Shown: piece by piece, positions 39,330 to 52,689 of the stretch | Numbering within the stretch: position 1 is the stretch's first letter | Layout: each line of letters starts with the position of its first letter | Source of the DNA: Octopus bimaculoides | Lineage: Eukaryota | NCBI RefSeq assembly: GCF_001194135.2 | Contig: NC_068982.1 | Span: 166,335,029 to 166,399,028, forward strand | Direction: 5' to 3' | Length of the DNA: 64,000 nt | The notes under the pieces: model-generated | What the model saw: only the letters and a program-made list of their open reading frames with translations | Databases searched by the model: none | Told to the model about the DNA's origin: nothing | Program-made: the position numbers and the translations under genes

Positions 39330-39800
39330 ATAAAAAAAAGTAGTATTTGAAGCCTCAAGAATTAACCCCTTCCCTTAACATTGCTGGCCTTGTGCCAGAA
39401 TTTGAAACCATTATATTATATTGTAAGGCGGCAGAATCATTAGTATATCTGACTAAATGTTTAGTTCTGATTTCAAATCCTTTCAGATGAAATTAAGTAC
39501 CAGGTGAGCACTAGGGTCAATGTAATCAACTTACCTTCTACTCCAAAGTTTCAGGCCTTGTGCCTGGAGTAGAAAGGATTATTATAGAAGTAAGGTGGCG
39601 AGCTGGCAAGATTGTTAGCACATCAGAAAATGCTTAGCAGCATTTCTTCCAGCTTCACATTCTGCATTCAAATGCCAATGAGGTTAACTTTGCTTTTCAG
39701 GAGTCACTGAAAGAAGTACCAGTTGAGCACTAGGGTCAATGTAATTGACAAGCTCTCTCCTAGAAAATTTCAAGCCCTGTATAGTAGAAAAGATTATTAC
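39330..39800 (+). mobile_element. Cluster of three tandem SINE family C copies/fragments
   Basis: Repeated head/core/GGCCTTGTGCC tail units separated by ATTATTAT spacers. Confidence 0.7.
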
Positions 39801-40298
39801 TAGATGTATATAAATACATGTATATTATATCATCTGCCTTCCATGCCTGCATGGGTTGGACGGTTTGACAGGAGTTGGCCAGGCAGAAGACAGCAGACTT
39901 TAATGTTTGGGCACGGTTTTTTCCGGCTAGATGCCTTTCCTAACACCGATCACCCTGCACATATATGTGTATATATAAACCTTTTCTGGAATGCTAACCC
40001 TGTCACTAACTTTAGAATGTTCAGTATATTTTATTGCTGTACCAACGAAAGATATGTTACATAGTAAAATCAACTTCCGCATTATGATATACTCTTTTTT
40101 TTTTAGTTTAGAAATAAATGTTCACAACAATATTTGTTTCTAGATAAATCTTTTTTAAAGCATGCTGCGGATATTTAAATAAATTGACCATCGTGATAAT
40201 CTGAGCAAGATTGTAGAATTACTTCCCTTGTATGTAACTACATCGAGTCGTAACAATCCAAGGGAGATAAACGTTTTGCCCAACAGTTAAAGTTAGTT

Positions 40299-40708
40299 TA
40301 CTCTTTTACTTGTTTCAGTCATTTGACTGTGGTCATGCTGGAGCACTGCCTTTAGTCGAGCAAATCAACCCCAGGACTTATTCTTTGGAAGCCTAGTACT
40401 TATTCTATCGGTGTTTTTCGCCGAACCGCTAAGTTACGGGTACGTAAATACACCAGCATCGGTTGTCAAGCGATGTNNNNNNNNNNNNNNNNNNNNNNNN
40501 NNNNNNNNNNNNNNNNNNNNNNNNNNNNNNNNNNNNNNNNNNNNNNNNNNNNNNNCTTTCAGTTTCCGTCTACCAAATCCACTCGCAAGACTTTGGTCGG
40601 CCCGAGGCTATAGTAGAAGACACTTGCCCAAGGTGCCACGCAGTGGGAATGAATCCGGAACCATGTGGTTGGTAAGCAAGCTACTTACCACACAGCCACT
40701 CCTGCACC
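40299..40708 (-). mobile_element. tRNA-derived SINE family A (gap 40477-40555 at its internal microsatellite)
   Basis: Reverse-complement match to 705-1111 on both sides of the gap. Confidence 0.9.
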
Positions 40709-41730
40709 TTTCTTGAGATTAAGTTTTGAACATAATCAATAGGATGGATTTTTTTATGTATGTAATTTGATTTTTGTATTAATATTTAAATACAACGAAA
40801 TATATTCTTGTATTAGAATGAATGAAGACGTTCAATGTAATTTTTACATTTCTAGAGAGATAGGTGTTAACAGGTGGACAAGATGTTTGCTTTGCAATCA
40901 CAGTCTCAAGTTGGATATCACACTGAAGATCCAATGATTACATATATGTGACTAATGTTTAAAACGAGTCTTGTGTCAATAAGTGTCTTTGTCATTCAAA
41001 ATGTATAAGAGCAATAAAATTAATAGTGATTAACTTAACCTGCGGAGGTGATATACTCAGGTATACCATTAACTTGAATATATTAGCCACATAAAACTAT
41101 GAGGAGAATGTCACACAATATGATTTACTAATTTGGGGTTAGGAATTTTTCAAGTAAATTCAACACTTAAACTTGTAGACTTCTACATGATTTTAAAAAA
41201 TGATGCTTAGTGTAGCACAGGGATAAAACTGAATTTGAAAAACCCAATTCTTGATGGCCCAGTCCACCAAGCTGTACATAGTTCACTAAGTACAGATAGG
41301 AATTATACCACTGTTGCCTAAACACCCACAGGAAGGCAATATTTATTGCATTTTCTATGATCGAGTAGATTACAGGACAAACTAAAGTTGTTTGTAGTCT
41401 AGTAGGGTCTACCATCATTCAAAATATCTCCAAAGCATAACTCTTACAACAATTTAAACAAAGGAAGATTATTGATAACCTCACTGCAGGCATCACCAAG
41501 AGTAAAGATAATATAAGACCAAAATTCCAAGTTTAAAATTAATGAATTTATTATAATACATTGTGGATACTTTCCAACAGTTCTGGACATAGTAATAATT
41601 AAATATAAACAAGCACAACATCTTCATAGATAAATATTTGGACAATAATCAAAAAAGAAAAAGGTATTTAAGTTTTCTTATTCTGTTTTTAAGACAGTTC
41701 TTGATTATATCTAAAAAGAGTTCAAAACAC

Positions 41731-41861
41731 TCAAGTAGCATCTACATTTTGCTTGAAATTTACTGAATATGAACCAGATTGAGGATCTTTTTGCATCTGA
41801 AAGTTATCAGTTGAGAGGCCAAATGGTTTAAGAATCATGTTTCCAAGATCTTTCAGTTTAC
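41731..41861 (-). CDS. TTC1: Tetratricopeptide repeat protein 1, coding exon 5 (last)
   Basis: ctgtag| (G)[42 protein letters not shown], the conserved TTC1 C-terminus. Confidence 0.96.
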
Positions 41862-42992
41862 CTACAGGAGAAAAGGGTTTTGATTAAGGAAAAGGCATGG
41901 ATAATATATATATATATATATATATACATGCATACAATTTTAAACTTTTTGTAGAAGGGATATAGAAGACACTACTCATGAATTAATGCAGATTAGCTAG
42001 GTCCTAGACTTCTTAACTTATAAGGTACTACTGTAAATATCTTAATTTTCAAAGTTATTCTAAGAGAATGCAAGCATGAAAAGGCAAATAAACTCTCAGT
42101 AACAGAAAACTATTACAATTATATTGGAACCATTTTAGATCAAGTCTTGAAAAGTAGATATGAATAACTTAAATGGAATTTTTTTTTTTTTTTTTTTTTA
42201 ATTCCATCCACTGCTGAGAGAGAATCTAGGTAGCAGAAAAACTAGTATGATATTTATTGACATTCATCCTAAGACATAAAAATCATATTCTGAGACACCA
42301 ATCACTAAAAGTAATCATTTTTTACTAAAATTTTCAATGGTAGCACTTCAAGACCACTGTAATTAAACGTTCAAATTCTGAATTAAAGTAGCAACTAAAA
42401 TTGCAACAGACGTTCCTCAGCAGAGGATTCATAGTTCTTGGAATTGTTATAAAGAAGTTTATCAATTTATGTTTGAAAAGCAATCGAGATTGCTTTCCAA
42501 TAATTTGAGAAATTAGCATTGCAATAAAGTCAGGTGTTAAATATACAAACTTCTAGGAATAAGTGTGAGGTTTTGCTATAACCATAGTAAAGAGAGACGA
42601 GAAGCGCAATAGCAGCATGTACCATTGTGAACAACTGAAAACAAATTTTTTTTTGTTTTCTGGAAGAGTCAACAATATGCTCATTAGCTTATTTTTTAGC
42701 AGCAAGTTCATTATAGTTCGTGGTTGGATTTTATTTATTTATTTTCTTTTTGTCTTGTTCATTATACTTCCTTTCTTATTGCTTTTGATTTTTATAAATT
42801 AAGAAGTGTATACTAAAAGTGGTACTTTTGTTTTTAACTTCTGAGATATGGACATTTTTATGATGAGGGATCAGATGTCAATAACTATTACTGATATTTA
42901 CCAAACAACAAAACGATCAAACTTAGCATTACATAGTTATTACTCTTTCTGTAACACTCTAGATTTACATACATAAAGAGATTTTTACATAC

Positions 42993-43047
42993 CCATCATT
43001 TCTGCTTTTAGCTTTTCATTCCGTTCTTCTATTTGTTCAGGAAGTCT
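42993..43047 (-). CDS. TTC1: Tetratricopeptide repeat protein 1, coding exon 4 (55 nt)
   Basis: atatag| RLPEQIEERNEKLKAEMM G |gtatgt; cf. human RLPKQIEERNERLKEEMLG. Confidence 0.95.
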
Positions 43048-44093
43048 CTATATTTAAGACACAAATTTGAGAAATTTATATTTAATACATGCATGCGCAC
43101 ACATTAAAATTTATATTCGTAAATTCAATCCTCAACTGCAGACCATTGCTAATTTATCTGCTCAATGTAAATATAAGCTGAAATTGATGTTCTATATAAT
43201 TTTATAAATAACATTAAGCTAACATGATAGAATTGATGCATACCTCAAAGACTACATCTTGACTGCAAGCAGAAGTTAAATTAGATAGTAACAACTGATA
43301 AATCTAGCAGGTCAGACAATAGGAAAAAAGTGTTGCAACATACAAACCTAGAGTTATTTACTATGCTCCGAGTAAATGAGTTTAATAAAGTAGAATTTTG
43401 TCAAATAATGACACAACATGCAAAAATATGAAGAACTCTCCCCAAAACGGTTTAACAAATAAAATACTGGAGTTGAGGTTCTTAGCTTTCAGAGATAAAT
43501 GCTGGTCTGCATTGAAAAGAGTTTATCAAAAAGCAAACATTTAAAATTTGAAAGGCTCGCCTTGAATCAAATTTTTTTTTCTTCGTTTCAAAGGTATCCT
43601 TTCCATTATATAATTGAGTCAGAAAGACATTTGCTATAAATATTCAAGCTCATAGTTAAGTAAATAACTATGCCTAATTAAGGGGGAATAACTTGACGAC
43701 TAACAGCAATTATAATTGATAAAAATGCATACAACATAAACACGATACACGCACATTCCTAAAGGGTCATCAATTTCTCCCACCAATACTGAAAAAAATA
43801 CATTATGATAATAGGAATTAGGAAAAAGCTTAATTCTCAAACTAAAACCCTCTACTAAGGCAGACCTTCACTATCACTCGCCAATGCACTAAAGAATTCC
43901 GGAAGAGATTATCCTCAACATCCCCAATCCATACATTCTTCTCAACACTTACCATGACCTCTACTCCTACAGCAACTGCTTCTCAAGAAACAGGAATTCA
44001 AACCTACTGCTGCTGGATTTCACAATTTCTGAACAGTTTCTTCCACATAACATCAATTAACGAAGTTGTTGGGAATATGTGCCAATCATTAGG

Positions 44094-44316
44094 AGGGCAG
44101 CAAGCTGGCAGAATCGTTAGCACGCCAGGCGAAATGCTTAGCAGTATTTCGTCTGCCGTTACGTTCTGAGTTCAAATTCCACTGAGGTCGACTTTGCCTT
44201 TCATCCTTTCAGAGTCGATTAAATAAGTACCAGTTATGCATTGGAGTCGATGTAATCAACTTAATCCCGTTGTTTGTCCCCTCTATGTTTAGCCCCCTGT
44301 GGACAATAAAGAAATA
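44094..44316 (+). mobile_element. SINE family C (AAAGAAATAA-tail subfamily) with 20-bp TSD
   Basis: AATATGTGCCAATCATTAGG at 44074-44093 and 44317-44336. Confidence 0.92.
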
Positions 44317-45413
44317 AATATGTGCCAATCATTAGGGAGTTGTACTTGCAAACTGACATTACAAACTAAAACCACCTACAGAAAGAGGTCTATTACTATC
44401 TCTAAAATTCCACTTCAGGCCATCTATGAAACCAGAGATGCACAAAAGAGCCTAACTGGTGGGTTTTGTTTTTTTTTTTATTCATACCACTTTCTAATTC
44501 CCCACAATTTTTAAGTATTAGATACTTTCAGAAGAAATATTATCTTGTATATTCTGAACTATTATAAATACAAAATACTTATTTGTTACACATTTGTAAA
44601 AATATTTAACTATATCTACACATAAAAAATAAACTTTAACTTGCAGTATAGCTCTGAATTATTACTAAATATATGTTCCATACATTTAAAAATCTTTCAG
44701 ATTATATGGTCTCCTGAATAGTGTCAAATGGTCCTATTCACCCACCATTCTCACCTCATATATGCAGGAACTCATTACAGTTCAGTATTATTTATCACTG
44801 CCAGTATCCTATGTCAACAAACAGTACAACTATATCCTCAATCAGCTCTTCATATATACACTACACAGCCCCAGTCACACACATTACAATCTTAAATTAA
44901 GACCGCTCAAAAACAGATTAACAATTACACTGAACACATTCATTACCATTCATCTTGCCAACAACACCAGAAATCAGTATTTCGTATGTCATGTTAAGAT
45001 TCATCAATTATGATTTTTCATATTAAAGGTAATGATCAATGGAATTAACTTTAGATAAGTACTTACTTCTTCAACTCTGGAGGGATGGAAGGAAAGGTGA
45101 ACAGACTAAATTTAAGTGGAAACTGTACAGAGAGAAGAATGAATATTGCAAAGCATTTCAATCTAGCACTGCCATTTCAGCAACTCCACCATTTTGTACT
45201 AAATAACATATACACCCCAAATATAGCATCACAAAAAGACAAAAATTCATATACAACATACATATGTTGTTATTAGAACTTATTAGCTTTTACATAACTA
45301 AGAGTGAACAAAATAACCAAGATAAAATTACATAGACACATTAAGATCAACATCAGGGTAAAATACGTGACATGAACCTTCATACAACACCTAAAATTTA
45401 TCAGTTCAGTACT

Positions 45414-45621
45414 CAGTGGTTTTCAACCATTTTTGCCTATAGACCCCTTTGATTCCTACTTTACTCTTCTAGACCTCCTTATTAAAAAACATTTTTATAA
45501 TTAAATATTAAGAATTTTATAACAAAATGTTCAAGTATTGTGTATTGTAGAAGTATGATTAATTTATTGTTCATAAACTTCAGTGACAAAATCTTTTATG
45601 GACCCCAGTTGAGAACCAATG
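45414..45621. mobile_element. hAT/Charlie-like MITE
   Basis: Termini CAGTGGTTTTCAACC ... GTTGAGAACCAATG; no clear 8-bp TSD. Confidence 0.65.
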
Positions 45622-46974
45622 AGTTAAACCATCCATCAAATTGACTCCAATTTTTTCTCTTTTAAACCCCCAATAAATAACAAACCATACAACATGAATT
45701 TCTTTATCTAAAAAAAAGTTACCTACATACACATACATCACTGACTGCCTACCCACTACAATAAAAATATTCTGACTGAAAGAGCACTCATACAAGCAGC
45801 TTGGTTTATAGTTGCAGTTGACTCCTAAACACATTACACCTGCATTTACAGGTTGAACCATCCTACAACTGCATTCACACAACAGCATCTGGTTGTGACA
45901 AAAAGAAAACATACACCCCAAAATGTTACAACACTAATTACATTATTAGGCCTATACTCTGTACAAGAACAGCAACCTTTTAAACAAATCCTATAGAACT
46001 GAGGTTGATATATACTGGCTAAGTTCATTTTGCCTTCATCCATAGCATCAACCACTAGAGCTTCTGATCATATCAGAACAAATTATGCAGCAAAATTGAT
46101 GCAGCATGTCCTCAATGCCATACTGCATCCCCACTACAGCCAACAAATACTTTACATAATGATACAGGCCACCTATTTGTTGTAGAGGTGAAAGAGATAA
46201 ATGGAATAAGGTATTGGATTTCTAGTCTACAGGTTACAAGTTCAAATGTAGTATAGATACTTCACTGGGTTTCTAGGCACAGCCCTTTATTCTAATTGAT
46301 TCAGTTCAGCTAATTGTTGGGAAATGTACCAGAGCATCACTGCAGTAACTAGCATCCTGTACAGTACAAGATTTAACTCTCATCCACTTATGTCAAAAGT
46401 AGAATTAAGGATCAAGTTTCAAAAGTTTCTCAATCTGGAGATACTGAGTGCTCCAAAGCATTTAGTTGACACACTGTGTTTGAGAACAGTTAACCAGACT
46501 ACTCAATAAGTTTTTTTAAACAAAGCAAAAATGCTGATTTTGTACAGAAAAACAATCTAATTTATACACCTGCATCAACTCAATGCTTGTCTGAGTTAAC
46601 TCCAACAAGAACTAAACAGAGACAAAATGAGGCATCAAGCTAAACAAGATACATAAAGTGTTGGCTCCAGTACTACCATCTGCACCCATTTCCTTACTCT
46701 CAAGCAAACAAAGGCACCTCTATGCAGTCACTTGACAGGTTAAAAATAGCAGCCAGAATTCTCTCAAATCACATCCAACTGTAAAAGAATAAGAACACAT
46801 TAGATCATGTTGTCTTGTATAAACACTGATTAAAAGACAGGATGACCATTGCTTGAACACTTTTGGTCATAGGCCTATTCAATTAGAGCTGACCTATAGC
46901 TAATTAACACCATTATCTTCCTATCATAAAGAAAACATTTATATTGACAGTAATAAACAGTAACAATTACTAAC

Positions 46975-47160
46975 TAAACATGCTGCACGAGCACTGTGCT
47001 GAGACGGATCCATTTCAACAATCTTTTTGTAGTCCTGAAGGGCATCTTCAAGCTTGTCTTCTTTCTCATATAATTCTGCACGACGTAATAAAGCCTTTAA
47101 GTAGTCCGGATTCAATTCCAGTGCTGAGCAGGAATCTTCAATTGCTTTTTTATTTTTTTG
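46975..47160 (-). CDS. TTC1: Tetratricopeptide repeat protein 1, coding exon 3 (TPR2-3)
   Basis: ttccag| QKNKKAIEDSCSALELNPDYLKALLRRAELYEKEDKLEDALQDYKKIVEMDPSQHSARAACL |gttagt; 186 nt. Confidence 0.95.
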
Positions 47161-48003
47161 CTGGAAAATAACATTGAAATTATTTCAAATTCAAATAACA
47201 GGAACCAATATCTGCTGAGGAAAAAAAAAACCCCAGTAAAAATCAACAATTCTCTACACAATATTTTTAGTACAGCAATAATGACAAGCTAAATTATTCG
47301 TTAAATAACCCCCTTGAGGATGATGGATGAACTTATACGTTTATCAATTTTTTGCAGAAAAGGTAGACTGTACGATGCATGCATAAATAGTGTGATGGTG
47401 CAAGGTAAGTAAGACATGAGCACTGAATGTGGAAGTTTTGTAGAAGTGAAGCAAGTAGAAGCTGTTGATTTTGTAATGTTAGGAATGCACAAAAAAACTG
47501 AGAAAGAGGCTAGAATTAAAAGCACCAAAAGCACAGGAGAGACAACTGAAATGACATAACTCACGATGGGAATAGGTGATGAGAGGTGGGTGAAAAAGAA
47601 ACCCATGCTGTGAGTGAAGGGAATTTTGGTAACGGAAGACCAAGGAAGACATGAGAAACAGTTGAGATCATATCAGGGATTCAGGTATGAAATGATGAAG
47701 GACAAGATGAAAAGTGACATACTCTTCAGCAGATTTCTCCCAACCCATGGAAGTATGGCAAACATGTTAAAATAATGATGATAATGACAATAGTGATTTA
47801 TGAAAGGCTGATATTTTAGATTCACTTCCACCAACAGATAGAGCATGTAAGGTAAAAGAATTTAATCTAAAGTATTAAGTCCCAGACAGTGAAAGGTTTC
47901 ATATGTTTCAATAAAAAACATTCTTTTACATGATACAAACTCACAGAGTTTAAAGCTTTATAAAAACAAAGACACAAGAAACAAAAAATTTCCATTTTCT
48001 TAC

Positions 48004-48177
48004 CATTCTCATAAATGCAGCAGCTCTATTGGAATACATGATGGCTCTGTCTTTGGGAAATGCTAATGGACACATTTGGAGGGCTTTGGAGTAAAGCTTC
48101 ATAGCTTCTTGAAAATTACCCGCTTTGAATTCTTGATTACCTTTTTCTTTAAACTGTTGTGCACATTCTTGCCGTTC
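48004..48177 (-). CDS. TTC1: Tetratricopeptide repeat protein 1, coding exon 2 (TPR1-2)
   Basis: ctgcag| ERQECAQQFKEKGNQEFKAGNFQEAMKLYSKAL...SNRAAAFMRM |gtaaga; 174 nt. Confidence 0.96.
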
Positions 48178-48309
48178 CTGCAGACAGATAGACAAGTGAA
48201 AAAGCAATAACTAATTTAATATCAATAACTATTTACAAACACTCAAACTAGGATCCAGATTCCGTCAAACAAAGTATTTCAGTATGCATTTACTTCATTA
48301 TTTTAAATA

Positions 48310-49350
48310 TATTTAGTGTTGGGCTTCACAGAGGCAATGACCGAGACCTTTGGCATCGTCGTGCTTGAGAAGAAGACTGATCAAGCCAAGGAAAATCATA
48401 GTCGTGGCAGATACCAGTTTCACACAAATGGCATCAGTGCCAATGATACAAAACACCCCGGTGTCACGCAAATGGTACCCATGCTGGTGGCACGTAAAAG
48501 CATCCATTACACTCTCAGAGTGGTTGGCATTAGGAAGGGCAACCAGCTGTAGCAAACCATGTCAAATCAGACTGGGGCTTGGTCAAACCATCCAACCCAT
48601 GCCAGTATGGACAACAGATGTTAAATGATGACCAATGTAAATGTGTTGAGAGAAAAACTGAGTGTAAGAGGCATCAGATGTAGTATGCACTGGTATAGCC
48701 ATGTTAAGAGCATAGATGAAGACAACTGCATAAAGTGCTGATCTCCAGATGTGGAAGGAACTCAAGGAAGAGGAACCCTAGGGACGTTTTTTACTGTAAA
48801 ATGATCCTCAGATGTTGAGCCTCACAGAGGAGATGGCGAAGGAGCAAGATTATTGGTGATTTGCTTTACTTGAGAAGACCCATCCAGCTAAGTAAAATCA
48901 AGGCCATAAAGGCATATCGTTTATGTCCATGACCCTGACAAACCTTTTCTCCACCTGTGTTCAAGATCCACTGTATTCCCCTAACCTCTATCTATCATTC
49001 CCACTTCACACCCTTGCAAACCTTCTTGCATACAATGTGTCCCCGTCCATCTCCCACCCTCCTTTAGCAGTGTCACAAATTTTCCCACTCACCAATCTAG
49101 TCTCTGATTCCTCATCATCATTTAATATCCATTGTCCATGCACAAGCACCAGTCTGATTTGGCATAGTTTCTATGGTTGGATGCCCTTCCTAATGCCAAC
49201 CACTTTACAGAGAGTGCTGGATGCTTTTACATGGCACCAGCACACTTGTAGGCCAATCCTCTTCACCAACGGAAGCAGCCTTAACATTTCTGCTGTGGAG
49301 TATGGGTCTCCTTGAGTACAACAAGGCGCCAAGTATCTCAATCCTTTATC
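48310..49350. mobile_element. Cluster of RTE LINE 3' fragments in both orientations
   Basis: 3' ends at 48310-48630 (+) and 49120-49350 (-); ORF2 C-terminal remnant LREKLSVRGIRC at about 48635-48900. Confidence 0.75.
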
Positions 49351-50285
49351 TACTTGATACTGTCAAGCAAAGTGTAGAGGCCACTTCTAAACAGAGAGTT
49401 AGGGAAAGATACACATACACACTCGCACACATATATGTCATCATCATTCAATGTCTACTTTTTTCATGCTTGCAGGGGTCAGATGAAATTTGTTGAGGTA
49501 GATTATAGCTGGATGCCCGCTTTGTTGCCAACCCTCACCTATTTTCAAGCAAGATAATAATTCCCCATGGCTAGATATGTTTTTCATGGAAGACTGGATA
49601 TGAACAATGTTGCTTGTATGACTTTTGCTTATTTACAACTATCGTGTGATGTCAAGACAAGGTACACATACAAGCACACAACAAGCTTCTTTCCATTTCT
49701 GCCTACTGAATCCAATCATAAGACCTAAGGCTATAGAGGAAGCTTCTTGTCCAAGGTGCTCTGCTGTGGTACTAAACCTGAAATTACATGGTTGGGAGGC
49801 AAACTTAATAACACAGTCACATATATATTTGTTTCATTAATTTATATCGTATTTTGTTATGGTTTCTTCCTCAGTACATCAGATTGTACCTAAAATGCAT
49901 TGTTTATTCTCAGACAAAACGCATACTTACATTCTAAACTCTTTCCTCAACCAAAAAAAAAAAAAGAAAAAAGTGTAAATAGTTAATTTGCCAAAACTAC
50001 TGTTGATTCCAAGATTTCTATTTTGTTTCCCTTCAGAGCAATTTTCATTCACCCATTTTTAGTTCTGGTAAAGCCTATCTTTTTTCAAATCTGGACACAG
50101 TCAATGTCTTCCAAGAAGAGAAAGAAACAGAGGAATTCAACCCCATACAAAATTGGTAGTTTATCAACCCCCAAATCATAAAAGGCAAATGACTGATTGT
50201 TTAGTTTAAAATGTATCACAAAATTAAAATTATAAAGAGTACGTGCACTCACTCTCATTCTCACAAGTGCAAACATACGCTTTAC

Positions 50286-50657
50286 CTTCTTTTCTTCATC
50301 TGATAAAGTTTCCTCCATATTCTTCAACAGTTCCTCATCAACTTGAATATCACCTTCATCAGCAGAATGGTATTCATCATCTGTACTTGGTGCTGTTGCA
50401 CCCTCTGTTGCTTTGTGAATCTGTTCGTCGGTGTCCTCAAAGTTTCCACCACTGTCGTCTTCGCTCTCCGAGTTGCATGTCTCCTTTACATGGTCCAACT
50501 TTTCCTCCTCATTCCTGCCATCTAACTTACTGCAGCAATTTTTGCAGTTCGAATCATATTCATCATCGCTGCAATGATGACAGCTCACTGCATCTTGGTC
50601 AGCTAGAGACAAAGAAGAAAGTTTGTTTTCGGCATGTGTTAAACAACCTTCTGCCAT
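50286..50657 (-). CDS. TTC1: Tetratricopeptide repeat protein 1, coding exon 1 (acidic N-terminus)
   Basis: MAEGCLTHAENK...VDEELLKNMEETLSDEEKK |gtaaag; acceptor aatcag| at 50686/50685. Total spliced CDS is 918 nt (305 aa). Confidence 0.93.
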
Positions 50658-51074
50658 TTTTGAACTGCTAGTCACACACTTTGTCCTGATTATTCAGATA
50701 TATGTATGTCTATGTACATATATTTATATGAAAATATATTTTACAATATCCCTAACTGTAATTCCAAAACCATTCTGAAACAAAAGAAAAAAGGCAGATA
50801 AAATACGTAAAGATTTCATAACAGACTAATGTAATTAACTGACCTGAAAGTAAGTAAACATGAAATGAATCACATCATACCATACTATATACCATACAGG
50901 AGTTTATCTAGCAAATGTTGTAAAGAAAATATATGAAAGTGAAGGAACTATAAAAGGAACAACAATCCTCAAAAAGTATAGTTTGCTGTGACTTAATCTC
51001 AGGTCAGCCTTGATCCAGCAACATTCTAATAGTGACCATCACAACTTTTTTTTTTTTTATTCCTAGAATATTTG

Positions 51075-51450
51075 AGGTGTATTTTACATGCCACCTGCAC
51101 AGGAGCCAGTCCAGCGGCACTGGCAACGATCTCGCTCGAATGTCTTTTCACATGCCACCAGCACAAGTGCCAGGAAGGCGACGTTGGTAACGATCACGCT
51201 CAAATGGTGCTATTTATGTGCCAGCGGCACAGAAACCAGACAGCTGCTCTGGCAACGATCATGCTCAGATGGTGCTCTTAGTCCTCCACTGGTACAGGTA
51301 CCATCACGATTTCGCTTTCGTTTGCCCCAACAGGTCTTCACAAGCCAAGTTTAGTGTTCAGTGAAAGAGACGTTGGCATGGGTGTCAGTCGTCCAATTTA
51401 GTTTGATTTCGATTTCACTTGCCTCAACAGGTCTTCGCAAGTGGAGTTCA
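51075..51450 (-). mobile_element. RTE LINE 3'-UTR with about 65-bp tandem hairpin units
   Basis: Three units of (A/G)TGCCACC..GCAC...GCCAG...CTGGCAACGATC.CGCTC. Confidence 0.75.
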
Positions 51451-51552
51451 GTGTCCAATGAAGGAATGGTACTCATAAATGGGCTGGCAGAGGCCTTGGA
51501 TTTTGGTCTTACTTGCTTTGCTGGGTCTTCTCACACACAGCATATTTCCAAA

Positions 51553-51585
<33 letters not shown>

Positions 51586-51634
51586 TACATATATATATAC
51601 ACACATATACAAACATAATATGCATTATATTGCA

Positions 51635-52540
51635 TGTTCGGATGGCGTGCCTTCGCCAATAATGTACCTCCACTCGACTACCAAACTCTCACTTCCAACG
51701 ACTCGACTCAACAGAACTCGACATCTAGACTACTTGGCTCGCTCTACTCAATGCTTCTACGACTAGCTATCACATCCACTATTTATACGTACTGGACTAG
51801 CCTACTTATCGTCTGAGGATGTCCACACAACACCTCCCCCTTTTGAAAGTTTTTTTTTTTTTTCCTAAACCTGAATTTATCAATTTTATTTCCTTGGTGA
51901 GAAACTAGCATATCTTTTTCTCTTAGCGTTAATTTCCATCATTTCTGTAGGTTTTCTCTTCCTGTTTGACCTACATGTCGGTTCTGCTTCTGCTCGTGGT
52001 TCTGGGACCTCAGACAAACCATACCATATATTCATTGGTTCCTCTCGCCGCTCTTGATTTTTGGTATATCTTATTTTTAATTGGTTTATATGCTTTCTGT
52101 GTTCATATTTTGGTCCTTTTACAATGTACATCACATTACCCAGACGTCCAGTTATACTTCCTTGTTCCCAGTCCTGTTTTCTGTTTCTATATATTTTAAA
52201 ATACACTTCATCACCCATGTTAAAAAATTTCATTTTTCTTCCCGAATTTTCTATTTCCTACTCAGCAACAATTTATCAAAAATAGAACAAATTTTTCTGG
52301 AAAACATCAAATCTGCGGGTGACCTGCCCAACTCTGCATTTGGATTCAGCGCTATTCTATACACCTGCAAAAACTTCGTCATCTTTGTATCTTCAAAGGT
52401 TTCCCGTCTGGTCTTTCTTAAAGCTCATTTGAATGTGTCGACAAATCTTTCCGCTAACCCATTTGACCTCGGATGGTATGGCGGAGTTAACACATGCTCC
52501 ATTTGAACCAACTTACAGAATCTTTCAAACTCCTTCATCT
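51635..52540 (-). mobile_element. Truncated Gypsy LTR retrotransposon (integrase, PPT and 3' LTR)
   Basis: Integrase [39 protein letters not shown] (51833-51845) abuts a 198-bp LTR TGTTG...GAACA (51832-51635). Confidence 0.88.
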
Positions 52541-52689
52541 ACATGTATATATAGATGCATATCTGGGTACAAGACATCATAAAAAAATGTGGACAAAATG
52601 AAAAACGGAACATAAACAGAGTACAGAAAACACACAGGCCACATAGAGAACATTTCCGTCTTAGGTCCAACTTTTCCCTCAAGGCACAC

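Noticed and set aside
47110-47140. TTC1 AIEDSCSAL versus vertebrate AINDCSKAI (shifted cysteine)
   Set aside because: A single-position variation within a TPR helix; the frame and neighbouring residues are conserved
50243-50671. Plus-strand 142-aa ORF; likewise minus-strand ORFs 56098-56331, 56328-56675 and 56819-57001
   Set aside because: Antisense shadows of the TTC1 and REP coding sequences
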